The notes under the pieces: model-generated
Told to the model about the DNA's origin: nothing
The model's database searches: none
Seen by the model: only the letters and a program-made list of their open reading frames with translations
Assembly (NCBI RefSeq): GCF_009914755.1
Contig: NC_060926.1
Source of the DNA: the human T2T-CHM13v2.0 reference genome, Homo sapiens
Strand: one strand, 5' to 3'
DNA: 64,000 nucleotides
In this document: positions 29,026 through 44,959 of the stretch, piece by piece
Numbering within the stretch: the stretch's first letter is position 1
Layout: each line of letters starts with the position of its first letter
Translations under genes and position numbers: made by a program

Positions 29026-31265
29026 GTCAATGGGCATTGTCCTTCTCGGCTCCCTTCCACCTCATTTTGTCTATTTTTCCACTGTTGCACCTGCTGTTCT
29101 TTCTGGGGGAGTTCCTTAGTTCCCTTTCTGCATCATCTGCCTGCCTGCCCTCTCTGAGCTCCTCCTAGTGGAGGCCCATGTGCAGGGTGGGGTAAGGGGC
29201 CAATGGTGGCCTGTGCTGCAAATGAGGAACCTGGGTCCACAGGGGTGGCTCTGCCGGGGCTGCCCTGGAGACTGGGCTGTCTCCAAATCTTAGCTCACCT
29301 GGATCACAGCCACATTTGCAGAGGTGCCTGGTGACAGGTATGTGACCAGGACCATATTTTAAATTAGATCTGGCTGACTTTGCCAGGTTGGTGTCTGAGA
29401 TGTGAATCTTCTCAGCCTTGCTCATGTCTCATGGGGGACTTACCTTCCTTCCCACTATGTTTTCCTGTAGCCATATGCATGTGGCCACTCACACCAAAAT
29501 CTTCTAGCTGTTTGTAACCTGTCTCATAAAAATATTAATTTACTTATTTGTTATCTTACACGATTCTCTTTGTTTCCACTTTGGAGCTAGGACCCATATC
29601 TGCTTTTCTTGTACATCTTTTCAGCTCCTTGCACATTGCTGAGTTTAGGAAGGATCCTCAAAATACTGTGTCTGCTTTTCAGTCTACAAAAGCAACAGCA
29701 GCTAACATCGTCATAGTTTGCCAAACAAGCTCTATGATTTTATTTAATCTTCTCACCGGCCATAAGAGATAGCTATTGTGGTAATGGGAGAACCAAAGTT
29801 CAGAGAGACTCAGCAACTTGCCCAGGGTTGCATAGACAGTAGGTTATATCAGGGTAAGTGGGACCACAGGACCCGGATTGAGCAAAGCTGAAGCTACATA
29901 GCACAGTCAAGCACATGCTTGGGTTCTGCAGAATTTACTCTTGCTGCTTGGATAGCTCATGGCTTAAGCCTTGTCCTAGTCAAGGGATATAACCAAAGCG
30001 ATAAATCTGATCTGTATCCTTAAGATGGCTTAGCTGGTCTTTCATCTCAGACAACAAGGCTCTTTAGGAAATCACCTCCTTATGTTAACTTTAAAAAATG
30101 CAGTTCTTGCACTAAGTAGCTATTTTCCATTTTTAAAAAATTGCATGAGCACACAGTATTTATCTCATCGAAAATTATGATAAACCCCCTGAATGTTTTA
30201 TGTTTTTCACGATTCATATGGAACAAATTAAAAATAACTTTCCATAGTATGAATTGCCCCAGAGCATGGTGCAAAGACCCTTCATCCTGCCTGCTCCTGC
30301 CAGCTTCACCACATCTGCCTCAAATGTCAACACCTGCCATCAGAGAGAGGCTCTGGTGAAAGTGTCCAGTGAAACACCTGGGCTCACATCTGGAGCCTTT
30401 GTCTGACAGGCTGCCATGACTTCCAAGGGAGAAGGTGTCATTTATGATATTTTATTCATACGCACATGCAATTGGGAAGATCGGTAATTTTTATTACCGT
30501 GTTTAGATTTAAAGTTTGCCTTGTCAGTTGCTTCTATAAGTATTTTAAAAAAGAAAAATGCAAGCCACCAACGTCTGAGCTTTCATGAGACATGCTGTGC
30601 CAGGACAAGTTTGAAAGGCTGTGGATGTCATTGTGTCTGCTGGTTTTGGTCACACTCATCTCTGCTTTAGCATGGCCTGGTCACAGGGCTAAGCAAGTGG
30701 TTGGATGTGGATTTCAACTCATGTTTGTTGGACTAGAAGAACTTTTTATTTCTATGCCTCGACTTTCCAAGATTGGCTCTGAGTGACAGCTCTACCATTC
30801 TGTAACAGTGACCTGAAGCAAATCACTTAACTTCTCAGTGAAGTGGGACAATGAAAACCAACTTCAGTGAATTACTCTGAAGAGTGAATATACAAGAAAC
30901 ATCTAGTTGTTCAGTAAAGGGAGGCAAGAAGTTAAAATATCAGGTTAATGGATCTGCCAGTGTAGCTCAGGGAAACCTGGGAGGAGTAGGATCTGGTGGC
31001 ATCTTCCTCTCCTTCTTACATTCCTTTCACACCCCTAAACCAGGACATACGCAAAAGCATGAGGATCAGGTCTGGACTTCTCTGAAGGGACAGCGGGCAG
31101 CATTTGCTCTGCGGATACTTTTCCAACACTGAGCAGAGAGGTCAAAAGGAAGGCAATCCTTTTGCTAAGCTCAGAGAGCTGAGATGGCTCAGCCTTAGGG
31201 CTGGCCCTCCAGGTGTGGAGAGGAAACTGGGTCTTCTCTCTGGGATCTTTCCTGTATCCTATGGG

Positions 31266-31335
31266 CCAGAGAGAGTAAAGGTGGTGAGGTACTCTCTCTG
31301 GATATCTCTATTCAGAGAGAGTAAAGGTGGTGAGG
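31266..31335. repeat. 23-bp direct duplication with an internal 12-bp inverted copy
   Basis: cagagagagtaaaggtggtgagg at 31267-31289 and 31313-31335; tactctctctgg at 31290-31301. Confidence 0.9.
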
Positions 31336-31424
31336 AGGCCAGGGCAGGAAGTGCTAGGTAGGTCTCAGTGCCCATCTGGCTGGCTGTCTGTCCATCCATC
31401 CATCCATCCATCCTCCTTTCAATA

Positions 31425-31719
31425 TTTTTTTCTTTTTTGAGACGGAGTCTCACTCTGTCGCCCAGGCTGGAGTGCAGTGGCGCGATCTCGGCTCACTGCA
31501 AGCTCCGCCTCCTGGGTTCACGCCATTCTCCTGCCTCAGCCTCCTGAGTAGCTAGGACTACAGGCGCCCACCACCACGCCCGGCTAATTTTTTGTATTTT
31601 TAGTAGAGATGAGGTTTCACCGTGTTAGCCAGGATGGTTTCGATCTCCTAACCTTGTGATCCACCCGCCTCAGCCTCCCAAAGTGCTGAGATTACAGGCG
31701 TGAGCCACCGCGCCCGGCC
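31425..31719 (-). mobile_element. AluY with TSD tcctttcaatatt, inserted in an L2 3' end after (TCCA)n
   Basis: Y diagnostics caagctccgcc, ttcacgccattctc, cgtgttagccaggatgg; CpG-rich. Confidence 0.95.
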
Positions 31720-32159
31720 CTTCCTTTCAATATTTATTGAAGCCTGTTTGGTGTTAGGCACTGGATTTAGGGCTGAGAATATAGACATGATTCTCAAAGT
31801 TCAGTGTCCTCCAAGACTATCCCAACACTGCCTCTTTCAAATAATTCTGGTTAATCTCTTTCACATAATTTTTCATGATCTGAAATTATATTATGTATTT
31901 TATGTGCATGTCTTCTCCACTGGAATATCAGCTCCTTCAGAGCAGGGACCTTGTTTGTCTTGTTCACGGGTCTGTCCCCATTGGCCCCCATAGTTTCTGG
32001 CATATACTGACTGAACAAGCTGACTTCAGAAGGATGAAGGGTACGACAAAGCCCGAGGAGTTCAGAGACCTTAACATAAAAGTCATGAGGGGAAGGAGTT
32101 CTCCCAGAGGAGGGGTGTGTAGTGTTCTGATAATTGCACTGGCAGCAGCTCAGAGACAA

Positions 32160-32606
32160 GCTGCTGGTTTTGTAATTGTGAAAGATTTTGCCCTGTCCAT
32201 ACCTTCTTCCCTGTAACTGTGCAGGGTCTTCCTGTTCTGGTTTTTGGCTTGGCCGTGTAGCTGGCTTTGGCCAGTGGGAAGTTAGCAAACAGGATGCAAA
32301 GAGGAACTAGAAAAGTCCTTGCTTTGTTGGGCTTCCTGCTCCTGTGCTACATTATCACCATGAGAACAAACCTGGGCTAGTTCATTAAAGGACGAAGGAT
32401 AAGCACAGCTGAGCTGCCTCGGATGCTCCAACCAGGCCATCCCAGATCAGCCAGCACCTAGCCAACCCAAACATAATATGAGTGAGCCCAGCCTGAATCT
32501 CCAATCCCTCAGACTTGTGAGCTAAACAAATGTTTTTTGTTGCATGCTACTGAAGTTTGGAGGTATTTGTTATGTAGCGTTATTGTGGCAACTGATGATC
32601 AATACA
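32160..32606 (+). mobile_element. Old MLT1 (G/H-type) LTR
   Basis: tggctttggccagtgg...ctactgaagtttggaggtatttgttatgtagcgttattgtggcaactgatgatcaataca. Confidence 0.7.
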
Positions 32607-32664
32607 GGAACCTTCTATGGGGGCTGGCTATATGCATGCCTTCTGTTGGCCTCAACTAAAGTGA

Positions 32665-33733
<1,069 letters not shown>

Positions 33734-36299
33734 CTAGAGGAGGCCTCTAAGGACATGTGTGGGAGGGGATGTGGACCTTGGTGCAAACTCTTGTCTATCC
33801 CCGGAGATAGGAGCCCTGCAACAGCTCCCAACCTGCAGCCCCTTTTCTGTGTCCATTCCCATGGCTCTGTAATGAGGATTGTCTCTTCACTGCCTTCCCT
33901 ACACGGTTACAGGGGACTCAGGACACAGAGCGCTGGTCAGCTCTTTCTGAGCTCCAAGCCCTGTCCTGTCCTTGGGTTTCAGCCCTGGCCCTAAGCCCAC
34001 CTGCAGATGGAAACCGGGTACCTTCCAGGATAGGGGATGAGGGGGACAGAGGGCAGCCCCTGAATGGGCATCCCTGCTGGCCTGCCTGGGGTGTGTCTCT
34101 CCCTCCGCTGCACCCTCAGGACTCCCGCGGCACTGGTCACAGGGTAATGTGGTGGCCTCTGTGCACTGCATGCTGTGGGTGCTGTGGTGCAGTGTTTGAG
34201 TGTGGTTCTAGTGTCTTGGTTTTTGTCTTTTGGTATAGTCACAGAAACATTTCTGAGTGAATATGTGCCAACGTTTTAACATTTAGGGATGGGATTAGTA
34301 TGGGGGGGAGCATCGACCTTTACTTCACACTCTTGTTTTGTAATAAGTTGTCTCCCCCTTGGGAACAAGAGTCCCTGGAGGTCAAGGACTAAATCCTGTC
34401 CCTCTTTGGGTCCTCAGACCAACCCTGGCATATAGCAAGCACCCAGGGAATGTTTGCCGGATGAGCTACTGCATGGACATTCATGGACAGAACTCTTCCT
34501 TTATTCTCTGTGACCGAGTCTTCCTCATGCTTCCTGTCCGGTGGCTGAGCCTCTGAACTTCCGCAGCAGCTGGTGTGTCTGCCTGTGAGTTGCCTGGAGC
34601 ACCACTGTCTCCACTTGGACCACCACATGGCCCTATAGCTCACCAGAGCTGCCAGCTGCCACCCACCCATGCATGGGGTTCTCTGCAAGCCACGGTGTTC
34701 ATCACTTGGTCTTGCTATGTGCTATCTCCGGGGGTCCTCCCTGGCAGGGCAAAAGGAGGCCTGGCAAACCTCTCCTGGGAAGAAGGACAAAGAGGCGGCG
34801 TTCACTGGTAGACCATGACCTTCCAGATCTGAAGAGCGTTGTTCCTAGACACCAGGCCTGCAACCATGTAGGCCATTAGATCCCAGAATCTCAGGTCTGG
34901 GACTCACTTACCCCATCTCCTTGTTGGCACCAGTGGTATGACTCTTCCAATGCAAACAACCTGGAATTTCCTCTTCAGAGGCGATGGGGAAGCAAGTTAT
35001 CCGGGAAGAACTTGACTGCTTCACAGCTGAGCAGGGGGAGGGTGGGGATGGTCCTGGGGGAAGAGGTTCCTCAGGGAACACTGTGGGTGGTGCCAGTTTC
35101 TGTGAGGAAAGAGAATCAGTAGAGGCCTCCTGGGGCCTGGAGCTGAGAAGAAACCCATAGTGTGAGAACCAGCCAAGGCCCCAGAAAGGATCCTGGGGCA
35201 CAGCAGAGAGAAAGTGGTCTCAAAACACATGTCCTGGAATGAGAACATCCTCTTCCCACCTGCCCATCTTTACCTTTGTGTCCCATGAACAAAATCCAGA
35301 GGCATGGGATGGATTCTGCTCTCCCACACACAGGTGGCTTCCCCATGATCTGGCCCTTTCCCTGGAAGATGAGCATTGCGGTGCAGCCCCTTTAGCTGGA
35401 GGCAGAGTGGCCCTTGGCAGCTCTTGAGCCCCTGGGAACTTTTGCTCCCTCATCCATCCATATACAGGCATGGTCTGGACTGTGAGGAATGATATGTGTG
35501 AGGCCCAAACAGTGGGGTTTATGTCTTGGTTTCCAGGCAGGCTATCATTTATGGAATAATGGGCAATAAAGAAGTGGAGAGAGAAAATGGAATCATAGTG
35601 TGATAGGATGTTCTCAGGGGAGACTGTGTGCCCTGCCTCTCACAGATATTGAAAATGGGGCCGTGATCAATGGCAGCAACATTGCCACACTGATATGTGG
35701 GTGACCCCTGGCTGGCTGGGGTCACTGGAGCTGTCAAGATGGACTTGAGCTCAAAAGACAGAGACATTGGGGGGACGGATGGTCTTGGTCCTTTCAAATG
35801 AGGCAGAGTTCAGAGATGAGGAGGAACCTGGTAGAACTCTGGAAGGGAAGGAAATGGAACATAATTTCCGTCTGATACTTTATGGACTTCTGATGTCCCT
35901 GGGAGTGCCTGGAAGAGCCATAATTGCTTGATGAAGTTAATGTACCTCTTAGACCTGGAAAATGACAGGCCACCCTTGATCAATGACAGTGTGCAGCAGG
36001 GACTTTCTCTAAAAGTTTCTTTACGAAACTGCACCAGTAAGTGTAAGTGCTTTCATGACCACTTTTAAACTATGCTGCATGACCTGTTTCTTCTCTAGCC
36101 TAGGGTTTTAAAAAACTTTAAAAAATCACATTCTTTATACTTTAAAAAAGAAAGAAGGACAGAAAGAAAGATCCAAATGATATTATGACAATAAACAAAA
36201 TTGTACTAATTTGTAGACAGGTTGGAGGACATATTTGAAGTAGACATGTGGGGTTTCTGCTTTCTGAAACTAGGGAAATAACTAGGGCCAGAGTCAGGG

Positions 36300-37570
36300 A
36301 GCTGTTGAACCCACTGCGAGAGGGCCCTGAGTGGAACTCCACTGATCCTCTGCCCTCCATAGGCCCCTACTCTGACTGGTGGGCCAAGCCACTGAACCCA
36401 CTGTGAAGGGGCCCTGAGTGAAACTCTGCTGATCCTCTGCCCTCCATAGGCCCCTACTCTGACTGGTCGGCCAAGTGACTGAACCCACTGTGAAAGGGCC
36501 CTGAGTGAAACTCCGCTGATCCTCTGCCCTCCATAGGCCCCTACTCTGACTGGTGGTCACACTGAAGTTTTGGGTCTCTTGAATTAGTGCGAGTTCAGAG
36601 TCAGTGCCTAGTAGTGCCCAAAAGTCTGATTATTTCCTTTCCTCCAATGCATAGTCACTCTGGTAGAAGACTGTAGATCCTTTTGGGGAAGGCTGGGAAA
36701 AAGACAGACAGTGTTAATTTTTGGCGTTGTGGTGAGGGGCCCTCCTCAAGGGAACTGGCTTCCCCTTCACTCAGGTCATTCCAGGTCTGTAAACTGGCTA
36801 AAGTCTGGGAATTGGCGAAAGGATTTCAACTCTGTTTTTGGTAATTCATGGTGGACTTCTCTTTATTCAACCTAGGACTCTTCTGCTTATACAGATCAAG
36901 TAAGAATTTAGTGGAATATCCATGTATTTCTCTTCTAAGGACACAATGATCAATTAACCAACACCATAGGTCTCTGAGAGTCACACTTTTCAGACTGCTG
37001 CTTTGACTCTGCTGTCCATTACAGTAACCACACCCACCTTGTCTTTGGTGATTAAATGCCATTACTTGGCCCCGTTGGCCCATCCTTGCATCCAATTTTC
37101 CCCATTGCTTTTAAAGATCACAGTTCAGTGGACACAGTACCTACTGTGATTTCTGGCTTACAGGGAAGAGCAACCCCAGAACTCTCCAAGGATGCTGGGG
37201 CTCCCCACACAAGTTTACTTCTCACAGTCATCGTCATAGGTATGTCCTTTTGACCCTTCCAGGTTGGATGAGCAGATCTTACAAGGTAAATCTGTTCTAA
37301 CATCCAGTCTAAGTCTTTGGATATCTTCTTTTGTAGTATACCAAAGTAGTTATGGCATTTCAGCTTCATTTAGTATAGACCACATTTGGTTCATGTTTCA
37401 GCCAACAAACCAACCAAATAGAGCCCTTTCTGACCCCCTGAGGTACAGCATTAAATCCAGAATCTCTACTTAGTGGTTCCATATCAGTAAATACATCCTG
37501 ATCCAATTTTGTGTTTCTTCCATTGTTAACCCACTTCCTTAGTATCCATTCCCATGCATAATCTGTCGGG
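36300..37570 (-). mobile_element. ERVL internal gag-protease fragment without LTRs
   Basis: Peptides AWEWILRKWVNNGRNTKLDQ, GQVMAFNHQRQGG, LWCWLIDHCV resemble HERV-L gag; protease motif decayed to ALLGTDSEL (about 36590-36620). Confidence 0.85.
36303..36557. repeat. Three tandem 87-bp units
   Basis: tgaacccactg...ctgatcctctgccctccataggcccctactctgactggt x3; 29-aa period in ORF 36294-36560. Confidence 0.95.
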
Positions 37571-37899
37571 ATAAATGGGAAAAAGTTATAATTATTATCA
37601 CGGTAGTAGATTGAGGATGGTAGGAATAAGAGTTTCAATTCTTTTTTCCATTTTATCCTTCTTTATCTTGGTCATAGGAGAGTGAATTTAATAGCCTTAC
37701 TACTTACGGCTACAGTTTAGTCATGGCATGGCTAGTGTTTATTGTGATTGGAAACAAGTAGTGATCTAGAGTGGGAATTAACCAGATCGAAGATGAAACT
37801 GGAACTGAATGTAGAGATACCATCTTCATGCAAACTTGCTTAAAAATAGTAACTTCATAAAATGTGCCTAAAACCTAACTTGCTTTGCAAATATTCAGG

Positions 37900-38272
37900 G
37901 TGTCTTAATCTGTTTCCTGTTGCTATAACTGAATACTGGAGATTGGGAAATTTATAAAGGAAAGGAGTTTATTTGACTCATAGTTCTGGAGGCTGGGAAG
38001 TCCAAGAGCATGACACTGGCATCTGGTGAGGGCCTTCTTGCTGCATCATAACCTGGTGGGGGGCAGTATATGAGGAAGGGCTTGCGTATGCATGTGTGTC
38101 AGTTTAGATCTCCCTTTCTCTTATAAAGCCACTGGTCCCATCATGAGGGCCCTACCCTGATGATCTTATCTAATCCTAACACCTCCCAAAGGCCTCACCT
38201 CCAATCAACACATGAATTTGAGGATCAAGTTTCCAACACATAAAATTTGAATGACATGTTTGAATCATAGCA
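37900..38272 (-). mobile_element. MST (B/C-type) MaLR LTR
   Basis: tgtcttaatctgtttcctgttgctataac...catagttctggaggctgggaagtccaag...aatcatagca. Confidence 0.8.
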
Positions 38273-38391
38273 CAAGGTAATGTTAAAAGCATGAGTTTTC
38301 AAGCAAGTCCATGTTCAAATTCAAGTGTAGCTGTGCAAACTCAAGCCATTTGTTCATCTGAAAAATTGGGAGTTTAAAAATATCGAACCCA

Positions 38392-38788
38392 TGTATTAGT
38401 TTGCTAGGCTTGTCATAACAGAATACCGTAGACTGGGTGGTTGAAACAATAGAAATTTGTTCTCTCACAGTTCTGGAGGCCGAATGTCTAAGACCAAAAT
38501 GCCAGAAGGATTGGTTTCCTCTGAGGCCCTTTCCTTGGTTTCAGATGATGCCCCCTTGCTGTCTCTTCACATGGCTGGTTCCCTTGGCATCTCCCCGTGT
38601 GTCCTAATCTTCTCTTCTCACAGGGACACCAGTCAGACTGGATTAAGACCTATTCTAAGGTCTGCTTAACTTAATTACCTCTTTGAAGGGCCTGTGTCCA
38701 AATGCAATCTCATTCTGATGTATTTGGGGTTTGGGTTTCAGCATATGAATTTGGCATGGGGAGTGTGGGCATGATTCAGTTCGTAACA
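38392..38788 (-). mobile_element. MLT1A-type LTR
   Basis: tgtattagtttgctaggcttgtcataacagaatacc...tctcacagttctggaggc...attcagttcgtaaca. Confidence 0.82.
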
Positions 38789-39955
38789 ACAATCTACCAC
38801 ACAGGATCATTACAAGGAGTAACCATGTGAAAAGGACCCCATAGAAACCACTCCAGAAGAAGCAATGGGCATTTTTATTCTTTTAAATAAAAATCCCTCA
38901 GGACCTTATTAAGTTTATGTAAGGCATGAATGGTTTGCAAAAGTTCAGTTTAGATTGTTTAGACTCTAATTGTGAGAAGTTTCCAACATGTTCTTTAGCT
39001 CAGTTGCCCTCTTCAAAGCTTTCTAGCAAAGAACAGACTCCCCTCAGTTACTCTAGGGATAGTTTTATTGAATAAAGTATCCTCACAAAGCTATTCAATG
39101 AGGCCCACTCCCTGGGCTCTTCCCAAGCCTATAGAGTATTTAGATTCTACCAAGGACTGGGGACATCAAAGAAAAATGTGACATGAGAGTGGAAAGGACT
39201 TTGGCTCCATGTTAAATATGAACTCTTCCCACTAGACTTTTGGGATTGGCTACTCAGAAAGCCTGCTTTGGGGAAGGTAAAGGGAACTAACTCATTTAAG
39301 GCACTCAGTATGTACTAGTCATGCTCCTATAAACCTTATGAGATAAATAGCATTGCCTCATTCTAGAGGTGAGGAAATTAGGAGCTTAGAGTCTAGTGAG
39401 TCACTCAAAGGCCTGGCTCTGGTAAGTTGCTGAGCTGGACCCTAGAACATGGGCTGTGTGAGCCCACATCCTGGACTCTTTCCAGGGTTTTGTGCAAGGC
39501 CTCGGGAGGGCCGGGTCTGGCATCTTCGTGCCCAGCTGGTTCTTTGCCATGCTTGGCTCGCCTGCCATGGCCGGTATCTACTGTGACCCTGAGCATCCAT
39601 CACACAACTGCTGTGCTGGCTGAGTGATTGCAGCAGGTGGCAACGGGCTTTCTTGGGTTGCTGCATGCTCAGCATTTTGGAGTGGTTTTGTGAGCTTTAA
39701 GGAGAGCCCATCCTAACAATTGCAGCAACACCTTCTCTCACAGCATATGCTGTTGGGATGCCAGAATGATTGCATGTCTCACACTTGCTAAATTTTCATA
39801 AAATAGTCTTTTTAAAAAATATTAACCCATTTTGAATAAACAGCTGTTGCGTTGCTTGCTTCCTCTCGAGCCTCACCTCCTCTGTCCTGGCTCAGCATGG
39901 TCGCTTCTCTTCTGCTTGTTGGCCTCAATGTCCTCCTTGGCCTCCTCATCTCTGA

Positions 39956-40303
<348 letters not shown>

Positions 40304-40819
40304 TAACACAGATCCTATGTTCCATATCGTTGCTCAATTAAAACCCAATACAATTCCCTATCTTCCCAAGGGACTGTTGTAAGCTCCCTGATCTACGAGG
40401 TCTTCATGCCTCCTTGCTACACTATCATCTTTCCCTTCTGGCCTCTCTAATCCATGTGCTGCCAACCAGATGCCATGGCCCTTCACAGTGCCTTTCTGTC
40501 CTTTATACACAGGGGTTCCCTTGGCTTAAGGGCTCCCTAACCCCGCCCCATTTGTTGTCTAAATTTTTCTTTACTCTATGAATTGGTTCAAATATCACGT
40601 CTCTGCTAGAGCTTTCTTTGATCTACTAGCTCCCTCATGTAATTTTTCTGCCTTCCTGCATTAGGGATGATTCACTATTTTCGCTATTTACACATCTGCC
40701 TCCTTGAAGATAAGGACCACCCTTCATCTTTTATAGCTCAGTGTCAGAGTTTATATTTTGATAAACCACACACTTGTCATTGTTTGTTAATTTCACTGAT
40801 ACTTACTGAATTTTGGACA

Positions 40820-41040
40820 TCTAGAGTATAAGCCAACACGATCTAGTATATCTTTCATTAGATGATGGAAATTTTCTATATCATTATCTAAGATGGTAGC
40901 CACTAGCTACTTTTCAATGTGGCTATTGAAATGAAATAAAATGGAAAATTTAATTCCTTTATAGTACTAGCCCCATTTCAAGTGATTCTTAGCCGTATAT
41001 TACTAGTAGCTACCATATTCCGTAACGCAAGTAGAGTACA
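40820..41040. mobile_element. MER3/MER33-like hAT-Charlie relic
   Basis: gatgatggaaattttcta...atggtagccactagctac...catttcaagtg...tagtagctaccatatt. Confidence 0.65.
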
Positions 41041-41679
41041 CTCAGAGTGAGAAAGAAAATGGGAGATTACTTAGGGTTTTGAGTTCTTCCTGTAATAGCA
41101 TTACTAGTATTCATTTGATTAGCAAATATTTTATCTATAAATAATGCAAAGGAGAGATTCTCCTTTAATCTCTATCTTTTAAAAGAAAGTTCTTCTAATT
41201 AATGTGCATGAAGTAATGTGGTTTTACAGTGCCTAGATTTGAAGCAAGAGTCTTTAAAATTAAGTAAAAAACTATTTCTAGAGGCAGATGAATGGATTCC
41301 ATCATGAATGGAAGTTTCATATCAGACTGTGACTCAATAAAACTACCCAGTTTTCATAGTTTAACTTTCAAGGCTTGTTTGCAGTTCACCATGAAGGATC
41401 TTCCTGAAAAAACATATTTATTTGGAGACACTCTTCAATCACTATAACAAATTGGCAAACTCTACACATATCTTCTGTAATTATTAGTCTGGTCTTTATG
41501 ATGCCTTCATTTTGTGGGTGTGTGTAAGTGAAATCGAATAAATCCTGAAATTTTTCATTGGATGACACATTATTTATCCCAAATGTAAATCTCAGGTTTT
41601 GTTATCCTTTTCCATAGTTCCTATTGAACACTACAATTTACTTACCTCCCAACACTTGAGTTTTCATCATTATTCATAT

Positions 41680-42085
41680 TTTACTCATTCACCATACATT
41701 TATTTAACATCTACTGGGTCCTCTATGTTGTGGTGTGTGCCAGGGAGACAGGGATGAATCAGGTACTGACTGAGCCCTCTGGGACCCACAGTTTAGCGGG
41801 AGAGAAGACAGATAAATACAGGCTGTACAACATTGCTTCAATGTGATTAGTGCTGAGGCCAGAACAAATTTCTATGGGAGCTTTGAGTAGGGAGCAATTC
41901 CTTTTCCTTGAAGCTGGGGAAAGTTTCATAAAACAAGTGCCACTTGAATAGAACGTAAGAATTAGCAGAAGCTCAATAGTAGAAGTAGTACATTGCAAAA
42001 TGAAGGTTCAACTGAAGGAAATGTGGAGGCTTGAAAAATGTGCAATGTGTGGGAGAAGAGAGATCGTCAGGGTCCCTGGTCCATT
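41680..42085 (-). mobile_element. L2
   Basis: ctcattcaccatacatttatttaacatctact...cacagtttagcgggagagaagacagataaa. Confidence 0.7.
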
Positions 42086-42149
42086 CCATTCATCCTTCTG
42101 TTCCAATGCCATCTAAGTTTCTTATTATAGTTATGTGATGCATTTTCGT

Positions 42150-43165
<1,016 letters not shown>

Positions 43166-43283
43166 TCCTTTAGGATTTTAGGACTGGCTTGTCAATTTCC
43201 CCCAAAAAAACTTTGCTAGGATTCATGTACTGAATATAGATTAATTTAGGGAAAAATGCTTTTTCTATGATAATCTTCATAAC

Positions 43284-43568
43284 TTTTTTTTTGAGACAGA
43301 GTCTCACTGTGTCACCCAGGCTGGAGTGCAGTGACGCAATCTCAACTAATTGCAACCCCCCGGGTTCAAGTAATTCTTGTGCCTCAGCCTCCCAAATAGC
43401 TGAGACTACAGGCCCAAGCCACCATGCCAGGCTAATTTTTGTATTTTCAGTAGAGACAGAGTTTTGCCAGATTGGCCAGGCTGGTCTCGAACTCCTCGCC
43501 TCAAGTCATCCACCTGCCTTGGCTTCCCAAAGTGCTGGAATTACAGGCATGAGCCACTGCGCCCAGCC
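43284..43568 (-). mobile_element. AluS within old L1M
   Basis: Dimer; flanks aatcttcataacttt / aatcttcacaacttt. Confidence 0.92.
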
Positions 43569-43642
43569 AATCTTCACAACTTTTTATAAATGGCTAATTC
43601 CCCATTCATAAAGCCATTTATGTTTTTCAAAATATTTTACAA

Positions 43643-43931
<289 letters not shown>

Positions 43932-44175
43932 CAATTTTGTTAAGAAAAGTCTTGCACATATTTTGTTGGGTTACTCTGAGCTCTTTTATAGATTTGTTAC
44001 TTTTGCACCTGAGAGCTCTTTCGTTTTTGTCATCATGTTGCCTGGTTGATTATTGAAGGTATGTGTGGCTGTTGCTGTTGACTTTGTATGTTGAACTTGT
44101 ATCCAACAAACTTGCTGATCCTCCTTTTTAGTTTTATTATCTATAAATTCTTTTAGGATCTTCTATTTAAACAGG

Positions 44176-44622
44176 ATATTAGTTTCCAATGGTGGTTGTA
44201 ACAAGTTACTACAAGCTTGGTGGTTTAAAACAACACAAATTTGTCCTCTTACAATTTTGGAGGCCATTTGAAGTTGGTTTCATTGGCTAAAGTCAAAGTG
44301 CCAGCAAGGTTGTATTTTTCTGGGGCTTAGGGGAGAATCAGTTTCTTCTGCATTCCTTGGCTCATGGCCCTTCCTCACATGACTCCAACCTCTTGCTTCT
44401 GTTGTCACACTTCCTTCTCCTCTTCTGATCTCCTATCAGCCTCTCATAAGGACCCCAATGGTTACATCGTATCCAATCAGATAATCCAGAGTAATGTTCT
44501 CAACTCAAAACCCTTTGATTAACCACATTGGCCAAGTCCCTTTAGCCATAAAAGGTAACATTCACAAGTTCTGGGGATTAGGACTTAGATATCTTGGGGA
44601 GTCATTTTTCAGTCCATAATAG
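44176..44622 (-). mobile_element. MLT1 LTR
   Basis: atattagtttccaatggtggttgtaacaagttactacaagcttggtggtttaaaacaacacaaattt...ggggattaggac. Confidence 0.8.
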
Positions 44623-44959
44623 ACAATCACATTGTCTGTAAATAGGTATCGCTTTTTCTTTTTTTACTTCATTTTTAATTCTTATTCCTTTTATTCTTCT
44701 TGCCTATTGGATTGAGGATTTCTAATACAATGTTAAATGGAAGCGATGACAGCAGGCAGATGCTCCTACTGTAATAGTTATGCCTCTTATATTTCACCAT
44801 TATATTTTTGTTTGCTGTGGTTATTTGTCAGAGACTCCATGAGATTAAAAGGATTCTTTATTTCCAGTTCTTGATGAGTTTCAAATATGCATGAATGTTG
44901 GATTTTATGAAGTGTTTCATTTTCTCTGAATTGTTGCAGGCACTTTAAATTAAAAGTGT

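Noticed and set aside
36303-36557. CRISPR-like array
   Set aside because: Units are contiguous near-identical copies with no unique spacers, derive from ERVL, and lie in primate DNA without cas genes.
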